The notes below the pieces were generated by a model. It saw nothing but the letters and a program-made list of their open reading frames with translations. It did not search any database and was not told where the DNA came from. Below are positions 37,306-48,400 of a DNA stretch of 64,000 nt, piece by piece; position 1 is the stretch's first letter, and every line of letters begins with the position of its first letter. A program made the translations under genes and the position numbers. The stretch covers positions 32,001 to 96,000 of the forward strand of contig JBDRNC010000004.1 in assembly GCA_043811535.1 (NCBI GenBank), written 5' to 3'. This DNA comes from Elusimicrobiota bacterium (lineage in GTDB: Bacteria; Elusimicrobiota; Endomicrobiia; Endomicrobiales; JBDRNC01).

Positions 37306-39597
37306 TTATTTAAGCGGGATGCCCTGCGGTGTTTGGGTGAGTTGATAATCCTTCCCGTATATTGAAACCGGAATCTTTCCTTCCCCTATTATCTTAAAGA
37401 CCGCGTTGCTGCCGTCAACTGACACGCTTATGACATCCCCACGGTAGAGTATCCTGAAACTGTACGCCTTCCACTTCTTAATTATTACCGGATTGAAAAC
37501 CAGTTTATCGCCATCCGACCTTAGCCCGCCGAAACCGTAGACTATATTCATCCATGACGACGCCATTGAAGTCACGTGAAGCCCCTGGTACGTATCGCGG
37601 TTGTAATCGTCCAGGTCAATGCGCGTGGCGTAGCTGAAAAATTCCTCGGCCTCGTCCAGTTTCCCTATCTCGGCGGCCATAATAGAATGTATGGCGGGCG
37701 AAAGCGACGATTCGTGGCTGCAGCGCGGTTCGTAGTAATCGTAGTTCTTCTTTTTGACCGCAAGCGGGTACTGCCGGCTGAAAAAGAAAAGAAACAGCAG
37801 GACATCCGGCTGCTTTATCATGTCGTATCTGAAGATGCGGTCGTACGCCCAGTGGGTGTACAACGGCCACTCGCCCGCCGGAATTGAATCTATGTCTATG
37901 TGCGGCAGTTCAAAATACCCGTCGTGCTGCTCGTAAACGCCGGTCTTCTTGTCGAAAGGGACGCGCATTTTATCGGCCATCATGCGCCAGCTTTCCATCT
38001 CCCCGTCCCTCAGCCCGACTTTTCCGTAAACCCTCGTAAGCTTATCCGGCGCGGCGCCGTCCATTTCCGAGATCACGTCAAACGTATATTCAAATACCTT
38101 TTTTGCCATCACGTTGGTATAGCAGTTATTGTTCACCATCATATGGAACTCGTCGGGCCCCATTACGCCGTAAATGCCGTACTCGCCGCCCGGGCTCCAC
38201 GCCCCGCGCGACGCGAAATACCGGCACGACTGCAGGAGTATCTCTATGCCTTTGCCGTAGAGGAACTCTTTATCGCCGTAAATCTTCATGTAATGCCAGA
38301 TGCCATACGGCACCGCCGCGCTGACGTGGACCTCAAGGTTGCCGTGCTGCCAGGTCCCGCATGACTCCGTGCCGTCTATGGTTCCCATCGGGTAGCATGC
38401 CCCTTCGCAATCCAGCTCTTTCGCCCGCGTTAGCGCCTGCGGAAGATAGTTGTGCCTGTATTCCACAAGTGCTCTCGCCGCCTTGGGATTGTTAAACAGA
38501 TAGAAAGGCAGGCAGTATGTCTCTGTGTCCCACCACGCCCAGCCCCAGTAGCGCTCTCCGGTAAGGCCCTTCGCTCCGACATTCAGCGTGGCGTCCTCGC
38601 CGTGGTATGCCTGGTGCAGGCCGAAAATGCAGAAACGGATGCCCTGCTGGTCCTCGTCATTGCCTTCAACAGTGATATCAAGCGTGTCCCACACTTTGCC
38701 CCAGTACTCGGCGTGCCCGGCCAGCGCCGTGTCAAACATCGTGCCCTCGTGCTTTTTTTCAAGACTAATGCCGGCGCTCCAGACATCATCCGTAGAAACA
38801 CCCGCGGAACGCTCAACGTGATTTACAACTATCTTATCGATAACCTGTTCCTTGCCTTCCTGAACACCGACTTTATAGTCGTAACCGATAAACCGGTCTT
38901 CTTCACGCTGTTTTGCGGTCATGCGGGCACCGCTTTCAACGCGGAACGAAGAAAACACATGCAAGCCGGTGCTTTTTGTCCTTCCGATTATGGCAGCGGA
39001 CCCGTCCCTGAATTCTTTTTTCGGGCATTCCCAGTAGTTTGTCTTTACTTCATCGTGCAGAACGGAAAAATCAAGCCCCATTGAAAGCTCAACCGTTCCG
39101 CTGAAATTAATAGGCTTAAGCATTATCCGCTGGATGCCGAGATTTTTGTCATGCATGCTCAGGAAACGCTCAAAAGTAACCTTTAATTCTTTTCCGCCGG
39201 GAAGATGCCATATGAAACCCCGCGAGAGCGTCCCGGTTTTCATGTCAAGCGTACGGACAAATTCCGATATCTTGCTCCTTGAGAGGTCGAGCTGTTCGCC
39301 TTCCGCGCTTATCCGCGTGTATAGCCAGTCAACCGAGTTGACCATGAAGCACATGCGGCGCGCGAAACCTATGAAGTTCGTGTCGTGGGTGATCGACCTT
39401 GTTTCAAAAACTCCGTTAAAGTAGCTCCCGATAAGTTTTTCGCCGCTGTATCCTTCCTCGAAGTACCCGCGAACTCCCATATATTCGTTGGCAAGCGAAA
39501 AAACCGACTCGGAGACCCTGCTCCGTTCCGGATGAAAACCCTCTTCGATTATCCTCCAAGGGTCAGTCTTGAGATACTTAATAGGTTCTTTACTCAT
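37306..39597 (-). CDS. GH65 glycoside phosphorylase (maltose/trehalose/kojibiose phosphorylase family)
   Basis: ESVFSLANEYMGVRGYFEE, GAKGLTGERYWG..WDTE, VMGPDEFH, IKQPDV, HESSLS. Confidence 0.93.
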   Translation of the reverse strand: MSKEPIKYLKTDPWRIIEEGFHPERSRVSESVFSLANEYMGVRGYFEEGYSGEKLIGSYFNGVFETRSITHDTNFIGFARRMCFMVNSVDWLYTRISAEGEQLDLSRSKISEFVRTLDMKTGTLSRGFIWHLPGGKELKVTFERFLSMHDKNLGIQRIMLKPINFSGTVELSMGLDFSVLHDEVKTNYWECPKKEFRDGSAAIIGRTKSTGLHVFSSFRVESGARMTAKQREEDRFIGYDYKVGVQEGKEQVIDKIVVNHVERSAGVSTDDVWSAGISLEKKHEGTMFDTALAGHAEYWGKVWDTLDITVEGNDEDQQGIRFCIFGLHQAYHGEDATLNVGAKGLTGERYWGWAWWDTETYCLPFYLFNNPKAARALVEYRHNYLPQALTRAKELDCEGACYPMGTIDGTESCGTWQHGNLEVHVSAAVPYGIWHYMKIYGDKEFLYGKGIEILLQSCRYFASRGAWSPGGEYGIYGVMGPDEFHMMVNNNCYTNVMAKKVFEYTFDVISEMDGAAPDKLTRVYGKVGLRDGEMESWRMMADKMRVPFDKKTGVYEQHDGYFELPHIDIDSIPAGEWPLYTHWAYDRIFRYDMIKQPDVLLFLFFFSRQYPLAVKKKNYDYYEPRCSHESSLSPAIHSIMAAEIGKLDEAEEFFSYATRIDLDDYNRDTYQGLHVTSMASSWMNIVYGFGGLRSDGDKLVFNPVIIKKWKAYSFRILYRGDVISVSVDGSNAVFKIIGEGKIPVSIYGKDYQLTQTPQGIPLK

Positions 39598-39685
39598 ATA
39601 AATCAATTACAAATTACAGATTCCAGATTACAGATTAGCTGCCCAACGCCTTTAATATGTAATTTGCAATTATTTTGTCGGCGAT

Positions 39686-39909
39686 GACATTGCGAAATCA
39701 TATAACCTTTACTGAAGCCCCCATTTTTGCGGAATAAGTGCGGATAATCCCCGTAATTTATTCCGCACCCCTGCGGAATAAATCATATTTACACTGTATT
39801 TTCAATGATATTTTATTCCGCATTTTATTCCGCAGTTATTCCGCACTTTCAGGTGCGGAATAAACCGCGTGATAACTTAATTCTTTATTGGTTCCGACAT
39901 TGCGAAATC
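39686..39909. mobile_element. Small insertion bounded by a 14-bp direct repeat at the 3' end of the GH130 gene, carrying TGCGGAATAA repeats
   Basis: GACATTGCGAAATC at 39686-39699 and 39896-39909; 7 exact plus 1 near copy of TGCGGAATAA in both orientations between them. Confidence 0.6.
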
Positions 39910-40893
39910 TACCAGGTCATTCATCTTAGCTGTGGCCACGCCAATCGCCGTATCGGCTCCGCCGTAGTAGCAGAAATACGTGTCGCCTATTACCACGTTC
40001 CCTACGGCGAAAACCACATTCTCTTCCACGCCCTCTAATTCAAAGGGCTCTGTGGGCTCAAGCACGCAAGGCTTCGGCCTTGATATTATCTTGCGCGGAT
40101 CTTTCAGGTCAAGCATCATGACGCCCTGGCGGTAAAACCTGCCGGGCTTATCGCCCTGAACGCCGTGGTACATTAAAAGCCAGCCGTATTTTGTCTTGAT
40201 TGGCGGAGTGCTCGCGCCTATCTTCTTTTCCTGCCACGGGGCGTCGGGGTCCGTTTTCGCCAGAAGAATGCTTTTATCTTTCCAACTCGTAAGGTCTTTG
40301 GAAGATGTCATCCAGATACCGGGCTTGTCGGTTCCGTATTTCGGCCCGACCCACTCGGCGGGCCTGTGAAGCATTACATATCTGCCGTTTATCTTTTCCG
40401 GGAATATGACTACGTCGCGGTCGTCAATGTCATCCCTTGATATCGCGCCGAGGCATTCAAAACTCCTGAAATCCTTCGTGCGCAGGAGTCCCGTGCGCGT
40501 CAGGTTCTCTCTTAGCGCTTTTGAGGCGTTTTCCGGGTATTCCGGCCCTTTTCCCTGAACGAACAACGAATACGGCACGGCCCTGCAGGCGTAGGTCACG
40601 TAGTAATACTGCCCGAACTTCGTCACGCGCGGGTCCTCGACGCAGCCGGCTTCAAAATAATACTTCGGGACATATATAGGCTTGTCCGAAACTCTTTTGA
40701 ACGTATAGCCATCTTTGCTTTCGGCGAGCCCCATGTAGATGCGGTAGATATCCGTTTCGCCGGAAGCGCGGTAAAGCATGTAAACCCTGCCTTTATCGTA
40801 ATAGGCGCCCGGATTGCAGACCGCGTGCCCTTCCCATTTGCTCCCGGGAATGGGCGACAATATCGGATTACCTGAATATTTCGTGAGTTGCAT
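39877..40893 (-). CDS. GH130 glycosidase/phosphorylase
   Basis: NPILSP, AVCNPGA, MLYRA, GCVEDPRV, VIFPEKING, LHRP, KIGASTPP, YHGV, NVVF, YYGGAD. Confidence 0.9.
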   Translation of the reverse strand: MQLTKYSGNPILSPIPGSKWEGHAVCNPGAYYDKGRVYMLYRASGETDIYRIYMGLAESKDGYTFKRVSDKPIYVPKYYFEAGCVEDPRVTKFGQYYYVTYACRAVPYSLFVQGKGPEYPENASKALRENLTRTGLLRTKDFRSFECLGAISRDDIDDRDVVIFPEKINGRYVMLHRPAEWVGPKYGTDKPGIWMTSSKDLTSWKDKSILLAKTDPDAPWQEKKIGASTPPIKTKYGWLLMYHGVQGDKPGRFYRQGVMMLDLKDPRKIISRPKPCVLEPTEPFELEGVEENVVFAVGNVVIGDTYFCYYGGADTAIGVATAKMNDLVDFAMSEPIKN

Positions 40894-40998
40894 TATATTC
40901 TCCTATGATAAAAATCAAACACAGCTATTATATTTGAAGTTTGTATTTAATATTTTGGATTTATTTAGTGTTTAGTATTTAGTTTTTAGTGTTTATTT

Positions 40999-43272
40999 TT
41001 ATGCCGCTATTATCTTATTTCCCTTAACTCTGACGGCTGACGCGTTCTCGTACGCCCTTTCGTGTTCTATGCGGACACTCTTCTTGTCAACGAAGATCTT
41101 AAAGAGGTTTCCCCTGTAGACGACCTTGAATTCAACGCTTTTCCAGCGCGCGGGCAGGTTGGGTTTGAATTCAAGCGCGCCTTCATCCATATTCATCTTC
41201 ATTCCGCAGAATCCGTTAATGACGCTCTGCCATGTCCCGCCGGCATTCGCCGCGTGGATGCCGAGAAATACGTTCGCCATGACATCCTCAAGGTCCAGGC
41301 GCGCAGTCTGCTGGAAGTATTCCCCGGCCTTTTTCCTGTCGCCGAGTTCGTTGGCAATTATGCCGTGCGTGTTATAGGAAAGCGACGAATCGTGCAGGGT
41401 AATCGGTTCATAGAAATTCCAGGCGCTGCGGACCTGCTTATCGGTAAAGTTTTCCCTGTGCATGTACATGAGCAAAAGCACGTCCGCCTGTTTTACGATC
41501 CTTAGCCGCAGGAAAGTGTCCCATGAATAGCCGAGTTCGGTCGTTATGACCTTTCCGGGCTTCATTTTCTTTAAATCCACCGGCTCTTTCTCCAGGATCT
41601 GGTCGTCCTCTATGTAGAGGCCTTTCTTTTTGTCGTAATTGATGTAAATCTTCTCTATGATATCTTTCCATTTCCTCGTTTCCCTGATATCGAACTTGAC
41701 CTTTGAAGAGACGGTTTTAAGGGCCTTCGGGTGGTTTTTTTTCGCCCAGTTTATCATTTTAACGGCTTGCCTGATGTTCCAGCGCGCGCCCCAGTTCGTG
41801 TAGGTATTATTATTGACTATGCCGTATTCATTAGGCCCCTTGACGAGGTTCATCACGTACTTCTTGCGCTGGCTGCTCCAGGTCACGCGGCTTTCCCAGA
41901 AACGCGCCGTTTCTATCAGCATCTCAAGGCCGTAATCAACCATGAATTCGTCGTCTTTCGTCGCGTAATAATAATTCATCAGGCCGAAGGCCACGTCGGA
42001 AACTATATGCACTGCGATATTGGCGTATTCCCAGTAATCCGCCTGCTCATGCCCGGGATAGGAGCTCATCCACGGGTACATCGCGCCCTTGAACCACAGG
42101 AATTTCGCCTTTTCCCTGGCCGCCGGCAATGTCAGGTAGCGGTATTTTACGAGCGCCTTGGCCGTATCGGGGTCTGAGAAGATAAAAAACGGCATTATGA
42201 ATATCTCGGTGTCCCAGAAACAGTTGCCGTAGTGCATTTCGCTCGTAAGCCCGCGCGAACCCACGTTGACGCATGGATTATTCTTGTTTCCCATCTGTAT
42301 GAGATGATAAATATTGAATCTCACGTTCCGCTGGTCCCTTTCGTCGCCTTTTATCTCCACGTTGCTTACGTCCCATATTTCGTTCCACTGGCGGCTGTGG
42401 TCGGACAGCAGGCGGCCATAGCCTTTCCTTGACGCTTCCTCCAGTTTTGCCAGGCACGCCGTTTTAAGGTCCTTTTCGCCGTCTTTTGATGAATAGACGG
42501 CTATCAGTTTTATGAAAACATACTCGCTTCCCTGCCTTGCGCCGAATTTCACGCTGTTCTCAAAACGCCGTTTTGCCGCCTTACTTTCCATCCTGCAGTT
42601 TATCTTCACACCGTCTTCCGTGACTTCGCATTTCACCGTTTCGCAGACCGTGTTTTTGGTGGTTTTCGTGTTTACCGCGAGAAATCCGCCGTCTTCAGTC
42701 ACCCCTGCTTCGTGTTCGTCATTGATGAAATAGTACTTTTCATCCCTTAATTGGTACCCGCTCACGTGGAAATCGATATTGGCGACGTTTCCGTCAAGCG
42801 CGTTTTTTACGACGATCTCATTCGTGTGATTAATCGGGGTTATCCTGTACTGGAGGACCGCAAGGTGCGGATCGGCCTTGCTTATGAATCTCGTTATCTC
42901 GAAATCGGTCTTTTCATTTTTTGAATTGACCCACAGAAAATTCCTGACTATCTTTCCGTTATACATGTCCAGATAGCGGGTATAGTTCTCTATATGGCCG
43001 TCATTCATGTTCACGAATTCGCCGTTTATATAAACAGCCGTGTCAAAGAAATCCGGCATGTTGACTATCGCCTGGTAGTGGCGGCTGTAAGTGTCGAATA
43101 TGCCCGCGACGTAAGTGCCGAAATACGAGCGCACATCGGACAACAGGTGATTCTCCTCCAGCGCGCCGCGCGACGCCATGTAGCCGTTTGAAAGCGCGAA
43201 GATAGTCTCCCAATACAATTCCTTCTTTGGATCGTAGTTTGTTTCTTCTATAAGCCATGCCTTTGAAACCAT
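40999..43272 (-). CDS. GH65 glycoside phosphorylase (second paralog)
   Basis: ETIFALSNGYMASRGALEE, GSRGLTSEMHYGNCFWDTE, VKGPNEY, VKQADV, HDSSLS. Confidence 0.93.
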   Translation of the reverse strand: MVSKAWLIEETNYDPKKELYWETIFALSNGYMASRGALEENHLLSDVRSYFGTYVAGIFDTYSRHYQAIVNMPDFFDTAVYINGEFVNMNDGHIENYTRYLDMYNGKIVRNFLWVNSKNEKTDFEITRFISKADPHLAVLQYRITPINHTNEIVVKNALDGNVANIDFHVSGYQLRDEKYYFINDEHEAGVTEDGGFLAVNTKTTKNTVCETVKCEVTEDGVKINCRMESKAAKRRFENSVKFGARQGSEYVFIKLIAVYSSKDGEKDLKTACLAKLEEASRKGYGRLLSDHSRQWNEIWDVSNVEIKGDERDQRNVRFNIYHLIQMGNKNNPCVNVGSRGLTSEMHYGNCFWDTEIFIMPFFIFSDPDTAKALVKYRYLTLPAAREKAKFLWFKGAMYPWMSSYPGHEQADYWEYANIAVHIVSDVAFGLMNYYYATKDDEFMVDYGLEMLIETARFWESRVTWSSQRKKYVMNLVKGPNEYGIVNNNTYTNWGARWNIRQAVKMINWAKKNHPKALKTVSSKVKFDIRETRKWKDIIEKIYINYDKKKGLYIEDDQILEKEPVDLKKMKPGKVITTELGYSWDTFLRLRIVKQADVLLLMYMHRENFTDKQVRSAWNFYEPITLHDSSLSYNTHGIIANELGDRKKAGEYFQQTARLDLEDVMANVFLGIHAANAGGTWQSVINGFCGMKMNMDEGALEFKPNLPARWKSVEFKVVYRGNLFKIFVDKKSVRIEHERAYENASAVRVKGNKIIAA

Positions 43273-43322
43273 ATTTTTCCTCCGTAATCAGCAATTAGCA
43301 ATTGGCAATTAGCCATTAGTAT

Positions 43323-43973
43323 TTATTTCACGAACAACCTCTCTATTTTTTCAATATCAATATATGACAGGTCTTTCACGACAACGTCCGCTTTGCCCAG
43401 AATCTTCGGGTCTCCAAGGCCGATGCACAGCATCCCGCCTCTTTTTGCCGCTTCCACGCCGGATTCGGCGTCTTCAACCACAACTACGTCATCTTTTGTC
43501 AGCCCCATTCGGGACGCCGCTTTAAGAAAAAGCTCCGGATCCGGCTTGGCCCTTTCGGTCTCGCTGCCGTCCACTATCGCGTTAAAATACTTGTCTATAT
43601 CCAGCTTGTTCAGGACCAGGCGGGCGTTCTTGCTTGAAGAGGCCAGCGCCTGTTTCCATCCATTTTTCTGTTTTATGGATTCTATCATCTTCATGGCGCC
43701 CGGAAGTATCTCGCTCCTGTCTATTTTCGCGACGAATTCCAGGTAATACTTGTTCTTCCTGTCGCACAGCTCGTTAATTGTTTTCTCATCGGGCATCCGC
43801 CCCAGCAGAGCGATGAGGGAATCCCTGCGGTTGACCCCTTTAAGCTTTTCGTTTTTTACTTCGTCAAAAGGGATTCCTATCTCATCCGCCAGTTTCTTCC
43901 AGCCAAGATAGTGGAATTTAGCCGTGTTGACTATGACCCCGTCCAGATCGAAAATTACGCCTTTTTCATTCAT
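43323..43973 (-). CDS. pgmB: Beta-phosphoglucomutase (HAD family)
   Basis: IFDLDGVIVNTAKFHYLGWK, NEKLKGV.R..SL, ASSSKNA, KPDPELF, VEDAESG; adjacent to GH65 genes. Confidence 0.92.
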   Translation of the reverse strand: MNEKGVIFDLDGVIVNTAKFHYLGWKKLADEIGIPFDEVKNEKLKGVNRRDSLIALLGRMPDEKTINELCDRKNKYYLEFVAKIDRSEILPGAMKMIESIKQKNGWKQALASSSKNARLVLNKLDIDKYFNAIVDGSETERAKPDPELFLKAASRMGLTKDDVVVVEDAESGVEAAKRGGMLCIGLGDPKILGKADVVVKDLSYIDIEKIERLFVK

Positions 43974-43978
43974 TTTTT

Positions 43979-44098
43979 ACCCCGTTAGAAGCAGGTCGTA
44001 CTTAGACGACCGCGTTCTTTATCTTTATTGTATTATCAATCATTTTACATGTTTTCATTGTTATCCTTTATGGCTTTCCTTTGCGCTTCTAACGGGGT
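43979..44098. mobile_element. 120-bp MITE-like element with 14-bp terminal inverted repeats
   Basis: ACCCCGTTAGAAGC ... GCTTCTAACGGGGT. Confidence 0.6.
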
Positions 44099-44129
44099 GA
44101 AGCCCCTATTCCTTTTCCGCTTCATTATC

Positions 44130-44183
44130 AGTATAATAAAAACAACGCATTTCCTTGTGAAAGAAATGCGAATTTCTTACGAA
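44130..44183 (-). promoter_or_regulatory. Promoter of the pgmB-GH65-GH130-GH65 unit with triple 11-bp-period direct repeat
   Basis: Minus-strand -10 TATACT (44130-44135); plus-strand GTGAA/GCGAA/ACGAA at 44157, 44168, 44179. Confidence 0.6.
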
Positions 44184-44198
44184 TATATCATTTTACCA

Positions 44199-44226
44199 AG
44201 TAGCCGGCACTTAAGTGCCGGCTACT
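44199..44226. repeat. Perfect 28-bp GTAG-type REP-like palindrome, possible terminator
   Basis: AGTAGCCGGCACTTAAGTGCCGGCTACT. Confidence 0.7.
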
Positions 44227-44365
44227 AAATAAGACCCCTCACCTAAATCTTCCTCCCCGCAGAGGCAGAAAAAACGGTGAGGGGCGTAAATACAAATTCT
44301 AAATAACAAGCTCTAAACTCTAAATAATATTCAAACTACAAACGACAAATTACAATATAACCACT

Positions 44366-45367
44366 TTAGAATTTCACGCTGGCGCCCAGGCGATGCGAAC
44401 CGCTGTTGTCCGCTATCCTGAGCGACCACATCAGCGCGTAATCTATCTGTATCGAAAAGTTCTGGCCTAAACGCCTGTTTATGCCGAACCCGGTGGTGAC
44501 CTCGTTCTTATTGCCCCCGATGCGCACCGCGTATTTGTGAGTGGCGAACCAGGTCTCCACGCCGGCATGCACGTTGGTCTTATCGGCTTCTTTCCCCCAT
44601 TCCTGCGCGCGGTACGACACGTCAACCGTCCCCACCACAGTGTCCATACCCTTCCAATAAGGGATCTTGTATGCGACACCGAGCCTTGTTTCGGTCGGAA
44701 CCCTGTCTTCGTATTTCAGGCCGAGGTCCGGCTGGTTTATGTTCTTTGCCGCGACGCCCAGCGAGAATTTCCGGCTGAATACCGCGAGGAACCCGACATC
44801 GGCGCTTGCCGCGCCCTTTGAATTGCCGGCTTTGACCACAGGGTCATCAACCTGTTCCGCGACAAGCTTCGTCCTTTCGTCCCAGTTGAAAACGTGGCTG
44901 AGATATTTAACGTTCACCCCTACGCAGTATTTGCTGTCTTTTTTGGAGTACAGCGACCTCGCGTAGCTCAAAGAGAACATGTTCTCCGCGTAAAGGCCGT
45001 CACCGTCAAACGACGTTATTGTTATGCCCATATTGCCTATTTTTGCGCTCATTGGATGCACGTAAGACAGGTACATCATGCTTAAATTAACGTTCTCCAG
45101 GCCCATGTACGGTTTCGTGTAGGCGAATCCCAGTTCCTTCTTTGTCATCACGGATATCCCGGCAGGATTGTAATTGGAGGCGTTATAATCGTTGCATACC
45201 GCCACGAACGCGTTGCCCATGCCCGCCGGCCTGACCGAGAAACCGATGTCCTTGAATGCGCTTTGCGCGTTAGATGGAAGAAGGAAGATGGAAGAGGGAA
45301 GCAGAATAACTGCCAAAACCCTCAGTTTCCTTTGACCGATAATTTTTAATATATTTATTATCTTCAT
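44366..45367 (-). CDS. PorV/PorQ-like outer-membrane beta-barrel protein
   Basis: AFKDIGFSVRPAGMGNAFVAV.ND..A..YNPAG; ends QIDYA...SHRLGASVKF; start set by analogy with 57023. Confidence 0.8.
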   Translation of the reverse strand: MKIINILKIIGQRKLRVLAVILLPSSIFLLPSNAQSAFKDIGFSVRPAGMGNAFVAVCNDYNASNYNPAGISVMTKKELGFAYTKPYMGLENVNLSMMYLSYVHPMSAKIGNMGITITSFDGDGLYAENMFSLSYARSLYSKKDSKYCVGVNVKYLSHVFNWDERTKLVAEQVDDPVVKAGNSKGAASADVGFLAVFSRKFSLGVAAKNINQPDLGLKYEDRVPTETRLGVAYKIPYWKGMDTVVGTVDVSYRAQEWGKEADKTNVHAGVETWFATHKYAVRIGGNKNEVTTGFGINRRLGQNFSIQIDYALMWSLRIADNSGSHRLGASVKF

Positions 45368-45413
45368 GTTTTTGCCTTTACTTCCTTCTTCCTTCTTCAC
45401 TCTTCCGTCTGCC

Positions 45414-48400
45414 TTATTTTGCCACCACTATCATCCCGTACGTATACTTGCCTTCGGTCGTTTTTATCCTGTATATGTAAACGCCCGACTCCACGAACCT
45501 GCCTTCTTCGTCAAAACCGTTCCACTGCACGGCGCCGCCGCCGAAATCGGTTTTTGTCATTTCTTTGACGGTATTTCCGGCTATATCCAGTATCGCGACC
45601 TCTTCCGCCAGGAACCCGAACGCGGCGGGGATATGGGGCGTCACGAATTTTTCTTCGGGCGCCGCCCTCGTTGAAAGCGACCCGAGCGGGAATATCGCGT
45701 ACTTGCTGAAATGATTTATCTTGATTGAGACGGTATTATTATCCTTATCTGCCGTTCCGCCGAGCAGGCGCCACTGAACGCCGTCCCAGAAGAATATCTG
45801 GAGCACGCTTGTATTCTCGTCTATATCGGTCACGGTCCCGTCTTCAAGCTGGACCTTGCCCGTGTCGTCCGGGTCAAAGTACAGCAGGGTCAGCGTCACC
45901 GGCTTTATGAATTTCGTTCCCGAAGGAGTGAATTCATAGACAGAGACGGGCCTTCCGCTGTTTTTTGTCCTGTCAACGGTATCGTCATCCGCGGGCTTTT
46001 CAAGGTTAGTGTTTATTTGAGTGATTGTTATCGTCACGGGAGCGTTCAGGGCGCCGCTGGGTATATCGAGGCTGACTTCGCCGTGTTTCGTGTCGTTATT
46101 GGGAAGCGTGACCTTGCCCGTCTGCGTCGGCGGGAAGGTTGTCGCGCGCGACACCTTTATTTCCTGCGGATCGGACTCCGATTTCCAGTACCCGATATTG
46201 TCCGCGTTGTCCTGCGCCTGCACGTAATAGTAAATTGAGCCTTCCTGGTTCACTTTTTTGCCTTCAAGCGCGTATTTGCCTCTTTTTCCGCCGTCAACGT
46301 CCGTCAGCGTCATCTCCGCGGACGCCCACGCGGCGTCAAAAAGCTTGTACCAGAGTTTCACTGATGTTATGACGCCGCTGTCCGTGGCCGTGGATATGAA
46401 TACTATCGGCTGGCCCAATATGCCGGCATTCTCTATAACTACCGCGTCCGCAACGGGAGCGACAGCATCCGCGAGCGTGTAATCCGTTGCAATATTCGAG
46501 AGCCCCGACCAGTTTATCCTTTCATCGCAGGTCCAGGCGCGGAAATAATACGTCGTGTCCTTAGCCAGGTCCGATACTTTTCTCGTGGCAGTCGAGCCCG
46601 CTCCCGTGCCGGCCGCCGAGACAGAGACCTGAGCCGAAGCGGTCGACCATTCCACGGAAGCGAAAGTCGAATATTGTATATTGAATAACGCTCCTGAAGG
46701 AAGCGTTCCCAGGCCGCCGTCGTCGCCGGGCGAGGCCCATGAAAGCGTCAGCGAATTTTCCGTCTTCGCCGTCACGCTCAAATTGTTTATAGCCGACGGC
46801 GCGACTGAATCAGCAGTAACTACATATACATCCGAGATCTTAAGGTTCCCCGCCATATCCTGTACAAGGAACCGAATGCGGTCGGATGCCGGGTTACCCG
46901 TGAAAGGAAGCCCCGTGGCCGTTATTGTATGCACTAATTGGTCGCCGTTTGAACCGGACATGGAGGACGCGCTCAGAGAGGTCTCAATGTCCCAATCCCC
47001 TACGCCGCCGTTCGTGTTGTATTTCACCGCGCCGGAATTAAAGTGCGTCGCTATTTCTTCGGCCGATAACGCGCGGTTATATACGGCTATATCGTCCAGC
47101 GCGCCTTCGTAAAACAATCCCCATGTTTCGTTGCTGCCTATCTTGATCGGAACGTTGCTTCCCGAAATATCTCTGGCTGAGACAACCGGCTCGCTTGATA
47201 ATAATAAAATAGATGTTTCCCCGTTGATATACAGGGATAGCTTAACGCCGTCATATGTCATCGCGGCATGGCTCCACTGGCCGTTGGGTATACTTGTCTC
47301 AACAAGACAAGGGTCATTATTCGGGCCGGCTATTTTTGCCTGTAACTTCGATGTTCCCGCGTCGTTAAGCAGTATGAAGGCGTATCCGCCGAAACTTCTT
47401 TTTTCAACTATCAGCTGTTCGCCTGTTTTGCCGGCAGGATTTATCCACGCTTCCACAGTAACATTCGCGGGGCTCAACTCCGCGCTGTGCGCGACCGTCG
47501 CGCTGCTTGAAGTGCCGTTAAAAGACAATCCATTCGTGAATTTACCCGTTGTCCAGGAGGCCCCGCTTTCCTTTATCCCGTTATTCCCGTAGCCGGACGA
47601 ATCCGCGAGCGTATTTCCGCTGCCTTCGTTCATGTGCAGGAGCAGAACGCACCCGCTGGACGGAACCAGTTCCGCCTGTCCGACCCGCAGGCCGGAGTAG
47701 GTATCCTGAGCGTCTATGAGATAAGAAGTTGAAACCTGCCTGTAGCCGCTGATATTGGGTAATGTATAGTCAAGACGGAAGGCCTTGCTTGAGCTCCAGC
47801 AGGTATACACGTCGTTCCATAACCGCGCCCTGACCCTGTACCCGTAAAGAGTGCTTTGCGCAAAGCCGCTCAAAGCGCTTGAAGAATAGGCGACGTTTAC
47901 CGGCGTTAAGGGCGAACTGAAGTCGCTGTTTTCGGCGAATAACACCTGGTACTCAAGCGCGCCCGGCACGTCGGACCAGTCCGCCACAGCGGTATTGGTC
48001 CAGGAAGCGTCAGCAGGTATGTATGTGGTCGGTCCGGCCGCGAGGTAGACCGTGGCGCCGTTGGATATTGCGGACCAGTTGGGCGCTCCGTCATTCGTCC
48101 AGACGCGGAAATAATACGTCGCGCCGGGACTCAGCCCGCTGACCCGGCACGTCTGATAGCTTTCCGCGTTCACGCCCTCCGCGCCTATCGTTACCTGTCC
48201 GGTTCCTTCCGACCAGGCGGCGTTATACGTCGCGTACTGGATATTGAATTGGCTGTCGGCCTGAAGCGCGCCCGTCCAGCCATTGTCGCCGGGCGAGGTC
48301 CATGAAAGGTTTATCTGCCCGTTATACCCCACAAGCCCGGAAAGCGAAGTCACCGCCGCGGGCGCCGTCATGTCGAACGAGCCCGGAACATAAGACCACG

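Noticed and set aside
39728..39863. CRISPR array or plasmid iterons
   Set aside because: Boxes are only 10 bp, in mixed orientation with irregular spacing; no cas or rep gene is adjacent
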